DNA from: Lama glama
Lineage: Eukaryota
Assembly (NCBI GenBank): GCA_028534125.1
Contig: CM052817.1
Span: 40,426,001-40,490,000, forward strand
DNA: 64,000 bases
Direction: 5' to 3'
Shown here: one piece after another, positions 1 to 12,594 of the stretch
How the letters are laid out: each line of letters starts with the position of its first letter
Numbering within the stretch: position 1 is the first letter of the stretch
Position numbers and translations under genes: made by a program
Notes under the pieces: generated by a model
What the model saw: only the letters and a program-made list of their open reading frames with translations
Told to the model about the DNA's origin: nothing
The model's database searches: none

Positions 1-144
1 TGCGGTGACACAGAGAGAGGGTGCTGGCTATGAACCAGGGAGAAGACCCATTACCCAACACTGCTGGCACCCTAATCTCGGACATCCAGCCTCCTGGTGT
101 TTATAAGCCACTGTTTGTGACAGCAGCCCAAATGGACTCAGACA
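1..144 (+). mobile_element. MaLR LTR (MLT1-type), 3' part, truncated by window start
   Basis: ctgctggcaccctaatctcggacatccagcctcc ... gtttataagccac ... cagcagcccaaatggactcagaca resembles the MLT1 LTR 3' end. Confidence 0.75.
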
Positions 145-1271
145 GCTAGGAAAAATGATTTGCTACTTTCTTTTTCTGTATTGGAAACAAAATTGTTTTT
201 CTAAGTTCCTCATTTCATTTAAAAGATGACTTTAGGGAATAGCTAAATTCAGAATAGAGCCAAATAATAGAGTATGATGGATTTTCCCTGAATTAAACAA
301 GTAAAGAATTATCTGTTTAAAAACCCCTCACATTAGAACACAATGGCTTAAGCAAAGGAAAATCTAAAAGCTGTGCTGAAAGAAACATTTAAAGATTCAT
401 ACTGAGAGGGTGAGGATTCTCTTAATCTGTGAATCTTATATCCACATCAGTAGGGAAACAGAGACTATGAATAATATTTAGACCACCATTTTCATCTTTG
501 CAGAAATGAAAATCTGGGTAGTTTTCATGACTCATACTTTCAGGACATCATTTTAAATCCACATAGGAAAATCTTTGGGGGTGGTGAATTGTGCACAATA
601 TTAGTGAATAACTGTTAGGTGGCACATCAATCAAAACCCAGCTGGTGAACAAAATGATGGTATCGTTTTTTTCAGTGCCTCATTGCAAGATGTAAAAACA
701 TTTCCCTGAGCCACCAAGTGATTGTTCATATTAATCGAGATAAAACTAAAATAAGCTGCAGACAGAAGCCCCCACGTCACACCCATGCTCCCAGAGTCGG
801 GACCGGCGAGAAAATCTGGAGAAAAGCCATGCAGCCCAGGTTTCCTTGACAACCGCTCCATAGAACCATGTTCAAAGATAAACTCCAACAAAGCAAGCGG
901 GAAGACTAACTGATGAACAGACTCCCATGTCTAAGAGGGTCTTGCGATTTGATGGTATTCTGTGAACTATTTCTAAATTTAAATAGCAATTTAGGTGGCT
1001 GTGTGTTTTAAACCTCACTTCTCTCCTTTCACGGTTATTTTTTGTGGAATTCCCCGGTGTCTTTCTCAGTTCCAAAATAAGAAACTCCTTGTTAAAAAGG
1101 CTAACAGCCACAGTTACCACTTTGGAAAATCTAACCTAGAAGATAATTCTTTCTCATGTAAAACCAAAATCCCCACCAAAGGGGCAGCAGGTGAGCCAGG
1201 CAAAGGTGAGTGGCAAATGGGAGGGAGTTCTTGGAGATTTAATAACAACTCTTTAAAAGATTTCCTTGTGT

Positions 1272-1305
1272 ATCAGGATGGCCAAGTGGTCTAAGGCGTC
1301 AGACT
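1272..1305 (+). pseudogene. 5'-half tRNA-Leu(CAA) retrocopy (tailless retropseudogene)
   Basis: atcaggatggccaagtggtctaaggcgtcagact matches the tRNA-Leu(CAA) 5' half (GTCAGGATGGCCGAGTGGTCTAAGGCGCCAGACT) with 3 mismatches; flanked by a 17-bp direct repeat at 1255-1271 and 1306-1322 (15/17 identical). Confidence 0.85.
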
Positions 1306-2589
1306 AAAAGATCTCCTTGTATGTGGGTGTGATGGATGCCTCGATGGTCCTGGCATACCACCAGACAACAGGAACTTAGTTCACAGCCCGAACTGTCACA
1401 GAAATGAAAGCACACACCAAGAAAGAGAAGGCGACTGTTCTAGTAGGTCAGCCTCTTTCCAGCTTGCTTGCAGAATGGAGATGTCTCAGCCAACAATTCC
1501 AGGTGCAGGAAGAAACCTGTATGCAAATGGTTGAACATTTGAAGAGGGGCGGGGACAGAGAAGCGATGAACAACAATGAGGACAAACCATCCAAAGGAAC
1601 CCAATATGTTGGAACCAAAGAAACCTTTGAGGTGTTTTAACAGTATTTCTGAGCCAAGTCTGGTCACCCAAAGAAGAGAGACCAGAAATGTAATTACTCC
1701 AACTCCGAGTGGTAAATACATAAACTAAAAAGCTGGAGAGGAAGCAAACCAGAGTGAAGACTTAAATTAATGGAAGTACTCTAAGAAATCACTTTCCTCT
1801 TTTCTTGTTTTCTCAATGATAGCTTAGATCCCTTTCCCCAAATGTGCAATTAGCTCAACAGAACGAAGCAAGGAGTGAAATTGCAGTGGACACCAGAGTG
1901 GATGAAGGCAGGCACAGAATTTGAGGACTGAAGGATAGTTGCTTTGCCGGTCACCTGTGTGGACCGTAATGAGGAAAATTTAATAGGTCCTTGAAATGCT
2001 GAGCCTAAGCAAAATACTTTGATTTATTCCATCTTAAGCAAAACACACAACTGGTCCTCAATTTCAACAACAGCAAAGCCACAAGAAGTTAGAGTCCTTT
2101 CGTTGTAGGAGGGCAAAGTGGGACGTCCAGGCGGTGAGCTCCTTCAGCTGTTGACTTGACCTTGTCCCTTGTCCGATTCAGTCTGAGAGACCAGAGATGG
2201 GTCTGCGCGCAGCACAAGGTCAGTCTGGCTGTTGGGCCGTCTCAGCGAGGGTGCTTGCTTCCCACCCTAAGACAGGGGTGGTAGATAGAAACAGGTTAGC
2301 GCTCACAACTCTTGCCTTCCAAGAGACGGATTCTCAACTTCAAGGCATTTCTTGTAATTTGGTCATTTCAGGAAATGATTGATTTCCTCCAAAAAGAAAT
2401 ACTCTGAATGAACTTTTGCTTCTAAAATTTCAAGCAATACATTACTTCATTGTTGGTGAAGGTATGGAGAAATGGCCTCTGCCTAAACTGCTGCTGGGAA
2501 GTAATCATTGACACAAGGTTGCGAAAGAAAATGTGGCGATGTGTATTAACATTAAAAAGGAAGGTATCAGACAAGCGGCTCCGTCTTTG

Positions 2590-3200
2590 AGCCCTATCTA
2601 TAATCTGACTGTTTCTCATCTCCCGCTGTCCCTTCCCCGGTCCAGGCCACAACCATCTCTTGCCTGCTTTTCTGCAGGAGCCTCCAGATTAATCACTGTG
2701 CTTTCACCCTTAGCCCTTCAGTCTCTACTCAGCAAGCAGTCAGATCATGTTACACCTCTCATCACACCCTCCACTGACTTCCCATCTCGTCAGGATGAAA
2801 ATGAAGACCTTACAACAGCCTTATAAGGCCCCTTCTTTTTGTTTTCTCCTCCAGGTTTCTCAGTCTTCACCTTCTGCTTCTCTCCAGCAAAGGCTAGCTC
2901 CACTCCAGCCAAATTAGCCTCCATGCCGTTCCCGAACTCACCAGGCACGCTTCTACCTCAGGGCTTTTGTACTTGCTGTTCCCTTGTTTTAGAAAGCGTA
3001 CACCCTCTCTGTCCTACCTCCACCCCTCCTTCACCAACTTCAAATCATTTCTCAAAAGCCATCTTCTCAGTGAGGCTTTCTTTGTCCAGTCTATTGAACA
3101 TTGCAATGTCCCCTCACTTCCCAGTCTTCTGTCCTGTTTAACTTTTCTCCATTGCATTTATCAAGCCACCACCATCTGCTACCCTACGTAGTTGACCATT
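2590..3200 (+). mobile_element. LINE-2 fragment
   Basis: L2 motifs gatcatgttacacctctc, ccaggcacgcttctacctcagggcttttgtacttgctgttccc, ttctcagtgaggctttc. Confidence 0.7.
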
Positions 3201-4559
3201 TTTACTTAAATATCATCTAAAAGGGTGCTCCCCATTACTCTGGAATACCTGGGGAGTACCCAGCCAGCTGATTTCTGAGCTATATAAACTAATAAAACCA
3301 TTCACAACTGTCATTAAAAAATCAATTTTCTTGCTCTTTAGTTACCTCTCATTCTGTGAACAGCTATAATTGATATTTATACGTCATGCCTATTATCTCC
3401 AGAATGGAAAAACAATTAGCTCTGTGACAGATAATCATCTGTCAGTTCCAGGTTTACTTAGGTCTTACCGATGTGGAGCATAGCTTAGTGTCAGGTGGAC
3501 GTTGGCTCTTTCTGTACAAGGTGAGATGTGAGAAATGTAAATCCTTATGTGCAAACTAGAACATACTATAGTTAATTAATTTCATACAGGCAAAACATTG
3601 TCTCAAAATCCTATCTGATGAGTTGAACCATCGGCTTTCGGGGTCACTGAGTAGCACAGCCGCAGCCATGTGTTAACCCCGTTTTGTTAATTTTGCAGTA
3701 TTATGGCTGATGTAGTCTTGTTTATTGCTTTCCTTAATTTAAACTTTTCAGGCCTAAAGCTTCAGTGTGTGTGGCGGGGAGGAATTTGCCTTGGTCTGCG
3801 TGGCGGTCAGGAATTCAGGTTACAGATCTTTCCAGATGGCTCCCCGTGTGGTGATGCTGGGAAAGCAGCATTGAGCAAGCTGCCCCCCCCCAGATCGGAG
3901 AGGACAGAGACTGGGCTGGAGCCCCGAGTGTTACAAAATGGAGCAGAGTAACCTTTGGTGTGCGTAACCCAGGGACCTAGCCTCGCAGAGGGCCCGGGGG
4001 GTGGAGACCAGGGTCAAGAAAACATTCTGAAAAGTGGGATTTAACCTTGAATTTTCTTGACAAAGATGGTGGGAAAAGGAAGACTCTTCAGAAAGAGGGA
4101 ACAGCGTTTGCAGAGAAAAGCTCGGAAGTGGCAAAAAGGATGAAATATTCCAGAAGCAGAAAGAAAGCCCTTACAGCTGGAGAGGTGGACACGGTCTCAG
4201 AGTCTGGGTGAGGACTGTTGCACCTGATCCTAAGGGCAAAAGGAGGCAGTGAGCAGTTTTAAGTCAGGGATCTGTTTGATCTCTGCCCTGTGGTCAGTTG
4301 CTCTCTGCAGCCTTTTGATTTTCTGACCGTGTCCCTGCCTAACTGCTGTGCTCTCATGGAAGAACAATTTCAGACTATTTTCCAGGACATCAAGGGAACT
4401 CATTAACATGGTCTTACTCTCTATCATGCTTACTTGTAGGATACAAAATAGATTTTAAATAACATCTAAAGAACTTAATCAATAATTACAAGGAAAACAA
4501 AGTTGTATTTCACTTGTAGTATCTGTTCCCTACCATACTCTCTGCAACAAGACGCAATG

Positions 4560-4850
4560 CAGACAGTATTGCACGGCATTTAGAAGAGCGTAGATTCTCG
4601 AACTTGGGTTCAAATCCCAGCTCTGTCACTTACTTCCTTGTGTGAACTTGGGCAGGTTACTTAATTTCTTTGTGCCTTGGTTTCCTCATTTGTAAAATGG
4701 GGGGATATTCATAGGGCCTCACAGGCAGGGGGACCACATAATTAACCATCCAAACTGGACACGTTGGAGATGAAGGAGGCTCTAGCCTTGGTCAGTGTGT
4801 ATAAAGCGCTCACAGCGGCATCCAGCACATAGCAAGGCTGGCTCTGATCA
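4560..4850 (+). mobile_element. MIR SINE, interrupted by a short MER94-like hAT fragment (~4727-4770)
   Basis: gggttcaaatcccagctctgtcacttac...ttgggcaggttacttaa...gtttcctcatttgtaaaatgggg MIR core. Confidence 0.8.
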
Positions 4851-5446
4851 TTGTTGAGATGTTCTCATGTATTTGTTCCTAAGAAGACCAGAACCAGCAG
4901 CTGACTTCAAACGCCAACACGGTCAGCAGGAAGAATTGAGAAATATTTAACTCCATGGGACTCTGGCAGACTGAAAGTATTTTAACCTGAAGAGGATTAG
5001 CTTTTGGCAGAAAACTAAGCAGAGAAATAACAAAAGCAAATAAAAGCAAGCCATACCTCTGCTTAGAAAGACAACTCCTTGTGATGGGCCATATTGGTTA
5101 AATACCAAGATAAGTACTTTTTAAAGTGGGATTAAAACCATCTGATTTGCACATTTGGGTGTTAATGTGCCAGAAGCATCAGCTGGCTGAGCAGTTAATT
5201 TCGTTCTGATGATTAAAGTAGTAAGTGCTGGTTATCAAAAAATTGATTAAAAAAAAAAGAAGGAAGCAAAAGTCATTCGTTTTCATACCACTAAAAATAA
5301 CCACAACCAACATTTTGCTACATGGTCTTCACATATAATATGACACTTTCCTGTGTGCTTCCCCTGTGCATACACACACATGTGCAGCTATCTGTCTCTA
5401 CCTAGCTGTCACTTTTTCAAAGTTAATATCATTCTATAAATGCATG

Positions 5447-5897
5447 TGTGTTAATTTCCTAGGCTGTCATAACCAAGTCCCATAAACTGGATGTCTTAGA
5501 GCAACAGAATCGTATTCTCTCACAGTTTCCAGGCAAGAAACCTAGAATTAAGATATTGGCAGGGCAATACTCCCTTTCAAGACCCTCGGGGTGGGTCCTC
5601 CCTTGCCTCTTCTAGCTTCAGGTGGGTGCCAGCCATCTTTGTCTTCCTTGGCTTATGGCAGCATCACTCTGAACTCTGCCTCTGTCTTCACATGACCTTC
5701 CTTCCTGTGTGTCTGTGTATCTATATGTTCACATGGCCTTCTTCTAAGAACACCAGTCACTGGATTTAGGGCCTAACCTCGTCCAGTATGCCCTCTTTCT
5801 AACTATTACTTTTGCAAATATCTTATTTCCAAATAAAGTCACATTCTGAGGTTCTAGGTGGACATGAATATCTGGGGGACACCATTTAACCCAGTAA
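5447..5897 (-). mobile_element. MaLR solo LTR (MLT1B/C-like)
   Basis: taggctgtcataaccaagtcccataaactgg...attctctcacagtt...ttccaaataaagtcacattctgagg...gggggacaccatttaaccc. Confidence 0.85.
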
Positions 5898-5904
5898 AGC
5901 ACGT

Positions 5905-6787
5905 GATGAAGACATCTAACTCTGCAGAATGAGATAGGTCACTATCCCTCCAGCCCATGCTATCCCAAAGAGAAGTGTCTGTCTCCTCTTACCAAGGTTC
6001 ACAGGAAGTCCAGTGTGGCTTCCTTCCACACCCCCACCCTGAGGAATGTCCGCTTACTCATGGAGGTGGGGCTGGGGGTGCTTCTGACATCACTCAGGGC
6101 CCAGGGAAGATAATAATATCTAATCTCCCTAGAGTCACAGAGACTATGGCCTGGATTTAATCACTTCGCAGTGTTAAGCGTGGCCTAAGAGTTGGCCACC
6201 AGATTGACAATTTATAAGGTCCACGTTCACACAGCCACTTCCCTGGCACAGGCCGGCCTCCCGAGGCACTGTCCTGGCACAGACTCATGTTTCCACGTTC
6301 ACAAGCCTAGAATGGTCCCCGAAGTGAGTTGTCTGAGGATACAACAGACTCTTGGTCCTATCTCTTTCTGCCCTCAAGGTAATTTTATGTCAAAAGACCA
6401 TCTGCCTTATGTCGACCAGGAACTTCGTCAGGGCTCTCCCCATCTACCCCAACAGGGTTGTCTCACTTTGAGTTCCAGGAGTAAGCTATTGGACTCTCGG
6501 TCACTTCCCCTCACAGGGCCCCTGGGCTCCTTATGCAAATGAGAGCACTTCCTCCCAAGAACCATTTGCGCTGAGAAGCTCCGGGACAGATAGCTTGTTG
6601 GCTCAGCCCCAGAAGATATGCTGTCCTCCCCTCAGGCTTCAGGTGCCTAAGTGCCTTCTTCCATTCCAGGACAACTTAGTGACTATTCCCTAATTCTTCC
6701 CTTAGAAAGGAAAGTGTGTGTCAGGAGGCTGGTGTCTCCTCCTGCAGACCTAGAGGTCTCTGGCATAATTAACACCCGCCACCAACA
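5905..6787 (-). mobile_element. probable ancient ERVL-type solo LTR, family unassigned
   Basis: Reverse strand begins TGTTGGTGG at 6787; LTR-like length and composition; family not recognised with certainty. Confidence 0.4.
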
Positions 6788-9700
6788 TGTGCTGCTTTGG
6801 AAACTTGGCATCGCATCATAATTTGCGTACTCTCCTACCACACGGCTATACTAAACTTATTCAACTGTTCCCACACTTTGATACATTTAAGTGATTTCCC
6901 ATCATACACTAACAGGAGCAAAAATATTCAATTAATGACTGTTTATTACATATCTACTAGGAGCCAGTCAATATTTTAGGTCCAAAGAGTCTAAAGGTCT
7001 GGTTCTCAAAGAGCTTACACTTGCGCGACAGAGGAGGACAGCACATAAGCAAACATAAAATGCAACGCCTGTATAATCACCGAGAAGGAAAACAAAGCAG
7101 AGTCACGGGGGCTGCTGTTCTGCAGAAGGGTAAGGGGGAGGGGCCTTACTGAAGAGCCAGGGCTTGCTATCACCTGCCCAACCTGAGAACCGGAGGAGGC
7201 TGTGTATAAAGCCCCGGGACACTCACAGGAAACTTTGTCTTTTTCTCTTTTTGTTGTTTCTTTGTTTGCTATTTCACATATGCATATAAATAAAATGGAG
7301 ATCTCTCCACTAAGTGAAATTACCACTTAAAGCAGCACAAGTACAATTGGCAAGGCAGATGAGGCATTATCCAGCTTCCAACAGTTTTCAGCTCATGGTC
7401 AATTGTTTCATCTACACCCCCACCTACTTCTTCTATGCCTATATGACCTTAAATCAAACCTCAAACATCAAATTGATTCATGCATTAATGCTAAGTTTTA
7501 AAGTGTTACAGTGACCAGAAGGCAGAAAAACTTTCAGAGGGAAAATTCATTCATTTCAGAGGCTTTTCTTTTATTAATACCAATTTGTTCTTACCTCTTA
7601 GAAGATGCCTTCCTTCCAAGAAATCTCTACGTATTTGAACAACAAAGATCAGCCACTATCCTGTAGAGCTCCTGGTGAAACACACACTGGACTAGGAGTC
7701 AGGAGACTGGGTTCTGGTATCTCAGCCGTTGACCATCTATCTGATAATAGCGAATGTTTACTGAGTTCTCTCCTGCCACTCTGCATTCATCATTTCAATT
7801 CTATTATTATTCCAGCTTTACAGACAGGATTAAAAAATAGCTTGCATAAGAGCAAAGAATGGCAGAGGTGGGACCCGAGCCAAATCACGTGGAGGCTCTG
7901 TTTCCTGCTCCATCGCATGGAGGACATCGTCCATGTTCAAGCTACTTCACTGGAGAATAATATACCTCTTTGAAGATAGTCCAAATTCTAATCACAGTAG
8001 TGTTTGAATAAGTAATCCATTTTCATGACTCAGAAATCTCAACAATATAAAATGGTGATGAGTCTGGCTCCCACTCCTGTTCCCATTTCTTTCACTGCCC
8101 CCTTCTCTGTATAAGTAACCATCTAATTATTATTTATTTAAGCAAATACAGCAAGTGTGAATAAGTGCTTCCCTGTGTTGCCCCTTCTTACACCTTTATA
8201 CATTCAGTCTCTATAGGAGTTCTTCCTGTGCCAGCAAATAGATAGCTTCCTCGTCTCTTTTGATAGCTGTCTAATAATACTTCATTGTGTAGACATACTG
8301 TTGTTTATTTGACAAGTTCCCTATTGATAGACATTAGATTTTTCCCCCTAACCTTTAGACAACCAAGCACAAAGTTTCGTTTTTGTGGAAGAACCAAGAT
8401 ACGGAGTGCCTATGTGCCTATATTAAGAGAGGAATGGTCAGTCGTGGAACCTCATAGTTCCCTGTTTTGTTCAGGGTTATCATTCCTTAACCACTTTTGA
8501 TATTTACCACAAGAGGCTCATCAGGCTTAACTAAGGAATCTATACCTTCTTTTGAGGACGTCTCATCAGGGCATCCCCAGGCACCAAAGAATTGTAGCCC
8601 GCAGATATTTCATTATCATTGTCACTTTTTACCAATCTTATCTGGGCTTGCTTTTTTCAGAACTCTGCCTATAAACTAGATCCCTATGAACATATTGGTC
8701 CAAAGTCTGATATCTTAGAAACACTGCTTCTAGAAGAAGGTATCCTGGGATATGTGCTTCCTTTATCATAGTTTGTGCAATTGTAAACCCATGCCGGACT
8801 GACCGGGGAGATAGCTCACTGACAACCATGACCGCTGACATAAAAAGAGGGAAGTAGGAGGCAAAATCCAAGGCAAAGGGGAGGCATCTCATGATTTTAG
8901 AAAAGCAGCTTCTCCTGGCTTCCCTCCCTGCTTCTCTCCCAGATGAGGTGGTGTGATTATCGAGCTGATGTGAAGTACCTTAGTTTTGTTGTGGCCTCTA
9001 TGGATAACATCAAAGAGATCCCCAGATTTCCTTCACCTCTCTTTTCTTTGTCACTGCCTGAAAGTCTTCATTTTACTGCTTTTTGTCACCGCCTAAAGTT
9101 CCACCAATTACAGAGCCATTTGGGTTAAAAGTATCTCATTTAAAATGTAAATATCTTCACTCACTCGTGTCTTAAATTGATTTACTCCACCCCCCTCTCC
9201 TAACACCCAGTATGGACCAGCCATGCTGAAAATGTACTGAGAGGTGGGGGTGGGGGGTGCTTCTGATAATTTTTGAACCAGGGGAAGAGACCAGTGGGAA
9301 GGGTGCAGCAGTGGGAAGGATTCTGGGATGCTAGTGTTGGAGAACTCTCATTATTTCATCAGTAGGTGAGAAAGGCAGCAGGGAATAGAGACATGCAGAG
9401 GAAGAGTGGGATGGGCCCGCCCCAGGGGACATCATCATCTTTGTAATTTTATTCAAGAGCAGCTTTGCTTATTTGGACACATTAACCAAGAATACGTCGG
9501 TTGCTTAACTCTGGATATTTCCTCTGTAATATTGGTCCTGGCTTACTATTCCAAACATAAATTAGAATCTAGAGATGGCAGAACAAGATACCACCAGAAA
9601 GTAAATACTGGTGTATATGGTTGTTTGGTCAGTGGTGTTCTCAATGACACTATCCCACTGGGACTGTGGCTTAACCACAGAATATTTTGCTTTGTGGTCT

Positions 9701-10699
9701 GGATTTCAAAATTCTCAAACATATTATTACGCCCACACCAAGAACACCAAGAAACTACTTAGGCTGGAGCGAAGATTTTTTTAAGAAGGGATGGAGTCGG
9801 GGGGAGGAGAAGCAATACACACGTTTTTGAAGAGCTAAGTTAATTATTTCCCAAATGACTCGAGAGAAAAGCAGCTCAGCTTCACGCACATCTCAGTCCC
9901 CTGTCCTCTCTCCTCAAAGACTCCCCAAGTGGCTGAGGTCTTTCACGTCAGGTGCCAAGCTGCCCTATAGACGGCAGAGCAGCCTAACACAACATCTGTG
10001 TTTTGACAGACCAGCTTCTAAGAATGAGGGAAAAAACCATCTTGTAACATCACAAGCAATGAACCCTTTGCAAGCCTGACAGATATTAGGCAATAGTGTG
10101 CTACTTCCCAGACTCCTCCTGCCAGGGATTCTTTCGACATCTGTGTATCTTTTCTGGGTCTCCATTTGGTTTTTATTTCACCCCCACTGAAGTGTTTCTT
10201 CCTCTCCTGACCATAGCAAATCCTCCCTCAGTTCTTCCCCCACACATCATAAATAGTATTCTTCCAGAAAACTCCCATTCAATGTCTGTCTTCTATTTAC
10301 ATTATATCTCGTTCTTATGCCTCTTCTGAAAGATCCTGGGGCTGAGCTGCCGGAAGCAGGAGAGTGGGAAGTCCTTGCAGACAGGTCACCTGTGGAGACC
10401 TCAAGCCAGCACGTCAGATGGCTTCCGACCAGGACTGCTTGGGTAAACCTGATCCTGGCGTTTCATTTTCCAGTGCCTTAGCTTTTCCTTCTGTAAAATG
10501 AAATTCTAAAAAATACGTATTTTTAAAATAGTACTTAATGTATAACCTTCTTGCTTACACTGTCTCATTTGATCCATAAAACAAGCTCATCAGGGTGGGT
10601 ATTTCCATCCACAGACCAGCCTGACTGGGCGTGCTGCAGATGCTCCTGATTCGGGGTGCTGTTAGGTGCCACAGACACTGTTGGTTCCTACTCACACTC

Positions 10700-11196
10700 C
10701 CTTCCTTGCCAGCTGGACTCTGATTTACCGAGTGTCCTTCCCTCTGGGAAGGAGACCCTCACCTGGCCCGGCGGTAAGCCCTGAGCTACCCAGCCCATCA
10801 CAGTGACTTCATTCTCTTTGCCGGTGATTGTTTTCAGGCAGTTCTGGTTAATGCAGCAGGGGACGAGGTCTGCTGGGAGCTTCTAGGAAAGCTTCTAGAT
10901 CTTAGAAAGACACAAGGATGAGACAGTCTTTCGAGACTTATACCTGACTTTGATGCCTAGAACCGTGGAAGCCATCTCCTGACTATGCAGGGAACTGGAA
11001 AGCCAGGAGAAAGCCAGCAAGTCAGGATGACAGCAGGAAAAGGCAAAAGAATATAAGACTTTGATGATGTTGTAGAGGTACTGCATTAGTCAAGCTGAGA
11101 CCCAGCCTACTTTAGTCCTTCATTTATATGAAGTAGTCAATCTCCTTATTGATTACTAGGGTTTTCTGTTCTTTGCAACTGACCACAACCTAAATA
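10700..11196 (+). mobile_element. old MaLR LTR (MLT1J/K-like)
   Basis: gtctgctgggagcttctaggaaagc, gaagccatctcctgactatg and terminal gttttctgttctttgcaactga motifs. Confidence 0.6.
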
Positions 11197-11295
11197 TTGT
11201 GTCAAACTTTGCAGGTATGTTTTGAGTCTTTTGGTTGCTGAGGGACCACTCAGCCTACACCTACGTGAGTTGAGGTACTCACCAAAGATCCCGAG

Positions 11296-11462
11296 CAGGG
11301 TTCTCAATCTTGCCGGTGAGTTAAAATCACCTGGGGACATAGGAGACATGTTGATGCCCGATAGTCACACGCAGAAGTTCTGACACAATTGGTCTAGGCT
11401 GAGGCTTGGGGGTTGATTTTTTTTAAAAGCTCCCTGGGCAATTTTAATGTGAGAACCATTGG
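11296..11462. mobile_element. MER5-type hAT-Charlie MITE
   Basis: cagggttctcaatctt...aaatcacctgggg...aagctccc...tgagaaccattg terminal inverted repeats. Confidence 0.7.
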
Positions 11463-11575
11463 TCTCAAAGCTCCAAAGGACATGAAAGATACATTTTAGG
11501 ACACATTTTCCTTCTTACCTCTGTCCTGCTTCACCCCTCCTCCCGCCCCCCAAATTCTTAGCTCCTCCCAAACAT

Positions 11576-11700
11576 GGGGTGACTATACATCCGAGTTTGC
11601 CTCAGACAGTCCCAGTTTGTAACTGTTGCTGTGACATAATCACCAATAGCAAATCCTTTTACCCTTAAAAATGTCCCAGTTTGGATGATTGGCTGCCTTA
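11576..11700 (-). mobile_element. MER94-like hAT DNA element
   Basis: ggggtgactatacatccgagtttgcc...gacagtcccagttt...aaaatgtcccagtttggatga. Confidence 0.65.
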
Positions 11701-11770
11701 CTTAAAAGGACTCTGAGTAGAGAGAATTTAATCAAGACTCTTTTTTTTTTTAAGGTGAAATGAGTTTTCT

Positions 11771-11913
11771 ATTTTTTTAACATTTTTATTGATTTATAAT
11801 CATTTTACAATGTTGTGTCAAATTCCAGTGTTCAGCACAATTTTTCAGTCATTCATGGACATATACACACTCATTGTCACATTTTTTTCTCTGTGATTTA
11901 TCATAACATTTTG
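11771..11913 (-). mobile_element. young lineage-specific L1 3' end running into the gap
   Basis: Reverse complement reads ...tgacacaacattgtaaaatgattataaatcaataaaaatgttaaaaaaa, an L1 3'UTR with polyA signal and A tail. Confidence 0.85.
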
Positions 11914-12413
11914 NNNNNNNNNNNNNNNNNNNNNNNNNNNNNNNNNNNNNNNNNNNNNNNNNNNNNNNNNNNNNNNNNNNNNNNNNNNNNNNNNNNNNNN
12001 NNNNNNNNNNNNNNNNNNNNNNNNNNNNNNNNNNNNNNNNNNNNNNNNNNNNNNNNNNNNNNNNNNNNNNNNNNNNNNNNNNNNNNNNNNNNNNNNNNNN
12101 NNNNNNNNNNNNNNNNNNNNNNNNNNNNNNNNNNNNNNNNNNNNNNNNNNNNNNNNNNNNNNNNNNNNNNNNNNNNNNNNNNNNNNNNNNNNNNNNNNNN
12201 NNNNNNNNNNNNNNNNNNNNNNNNNNNNNNNNNNNNNNNNNNNNNNNNNNNNNNNNNNNNNNNNNNNNNNNNNNNNNNNNNNNNNNNNNNNNNNNNNNNN
12301 NNNNNNNNNNNNNNNNNNNNNNNNNNNNNNNNNNNNNNNNNNNNNNNNNNNNNNNNNNNNNNNNNNNNNNNNNNNNNNNNNNNNNNNNNNNNNNNNNNNN
12401 NNNNNNNNNNNNN
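11914..12413. other. assembly gap (500 N)
   Basis: Run of exactly 500 n; the round size suggests a placeholder scaffold join. Confidence 0.99.
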
Positions 12414-12560
12414 AAATCACAGAGAAAAAAATGTGACAATGAGTGTGTATATGTCCATGAATGACTGAAAAATTGTGCTGAACATTGGAATTTGACACAA
12501 CATTGTAAAATGATTATAAATCAATAAAAAATGTTAAAAAATGTAAAAAAAAAAACAAAA
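12414..12560 (+). mobile_element. young lineage-specific L1 3' end emerging from the gap
   Basis: Near-perfect reverse complement of 11771-11899, ending aataaaaaatgttaaaaaatgt(A)n. Confidence 0.85.
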
Positions 12561-12594
12561 CTAAAAGTTCAGATTGCTTAAAAAAGAAAAAAAA

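Noticed and set aside
1404..1640. 78-aa ATG-started ORF
   Set aside because: No recognisable homology or exon structure; length within chance expectation
11815..12498. 217-aa and 196-aa ORFs
   Set aside because: Produced by translating through the N gap between L1 3'UTR pieces
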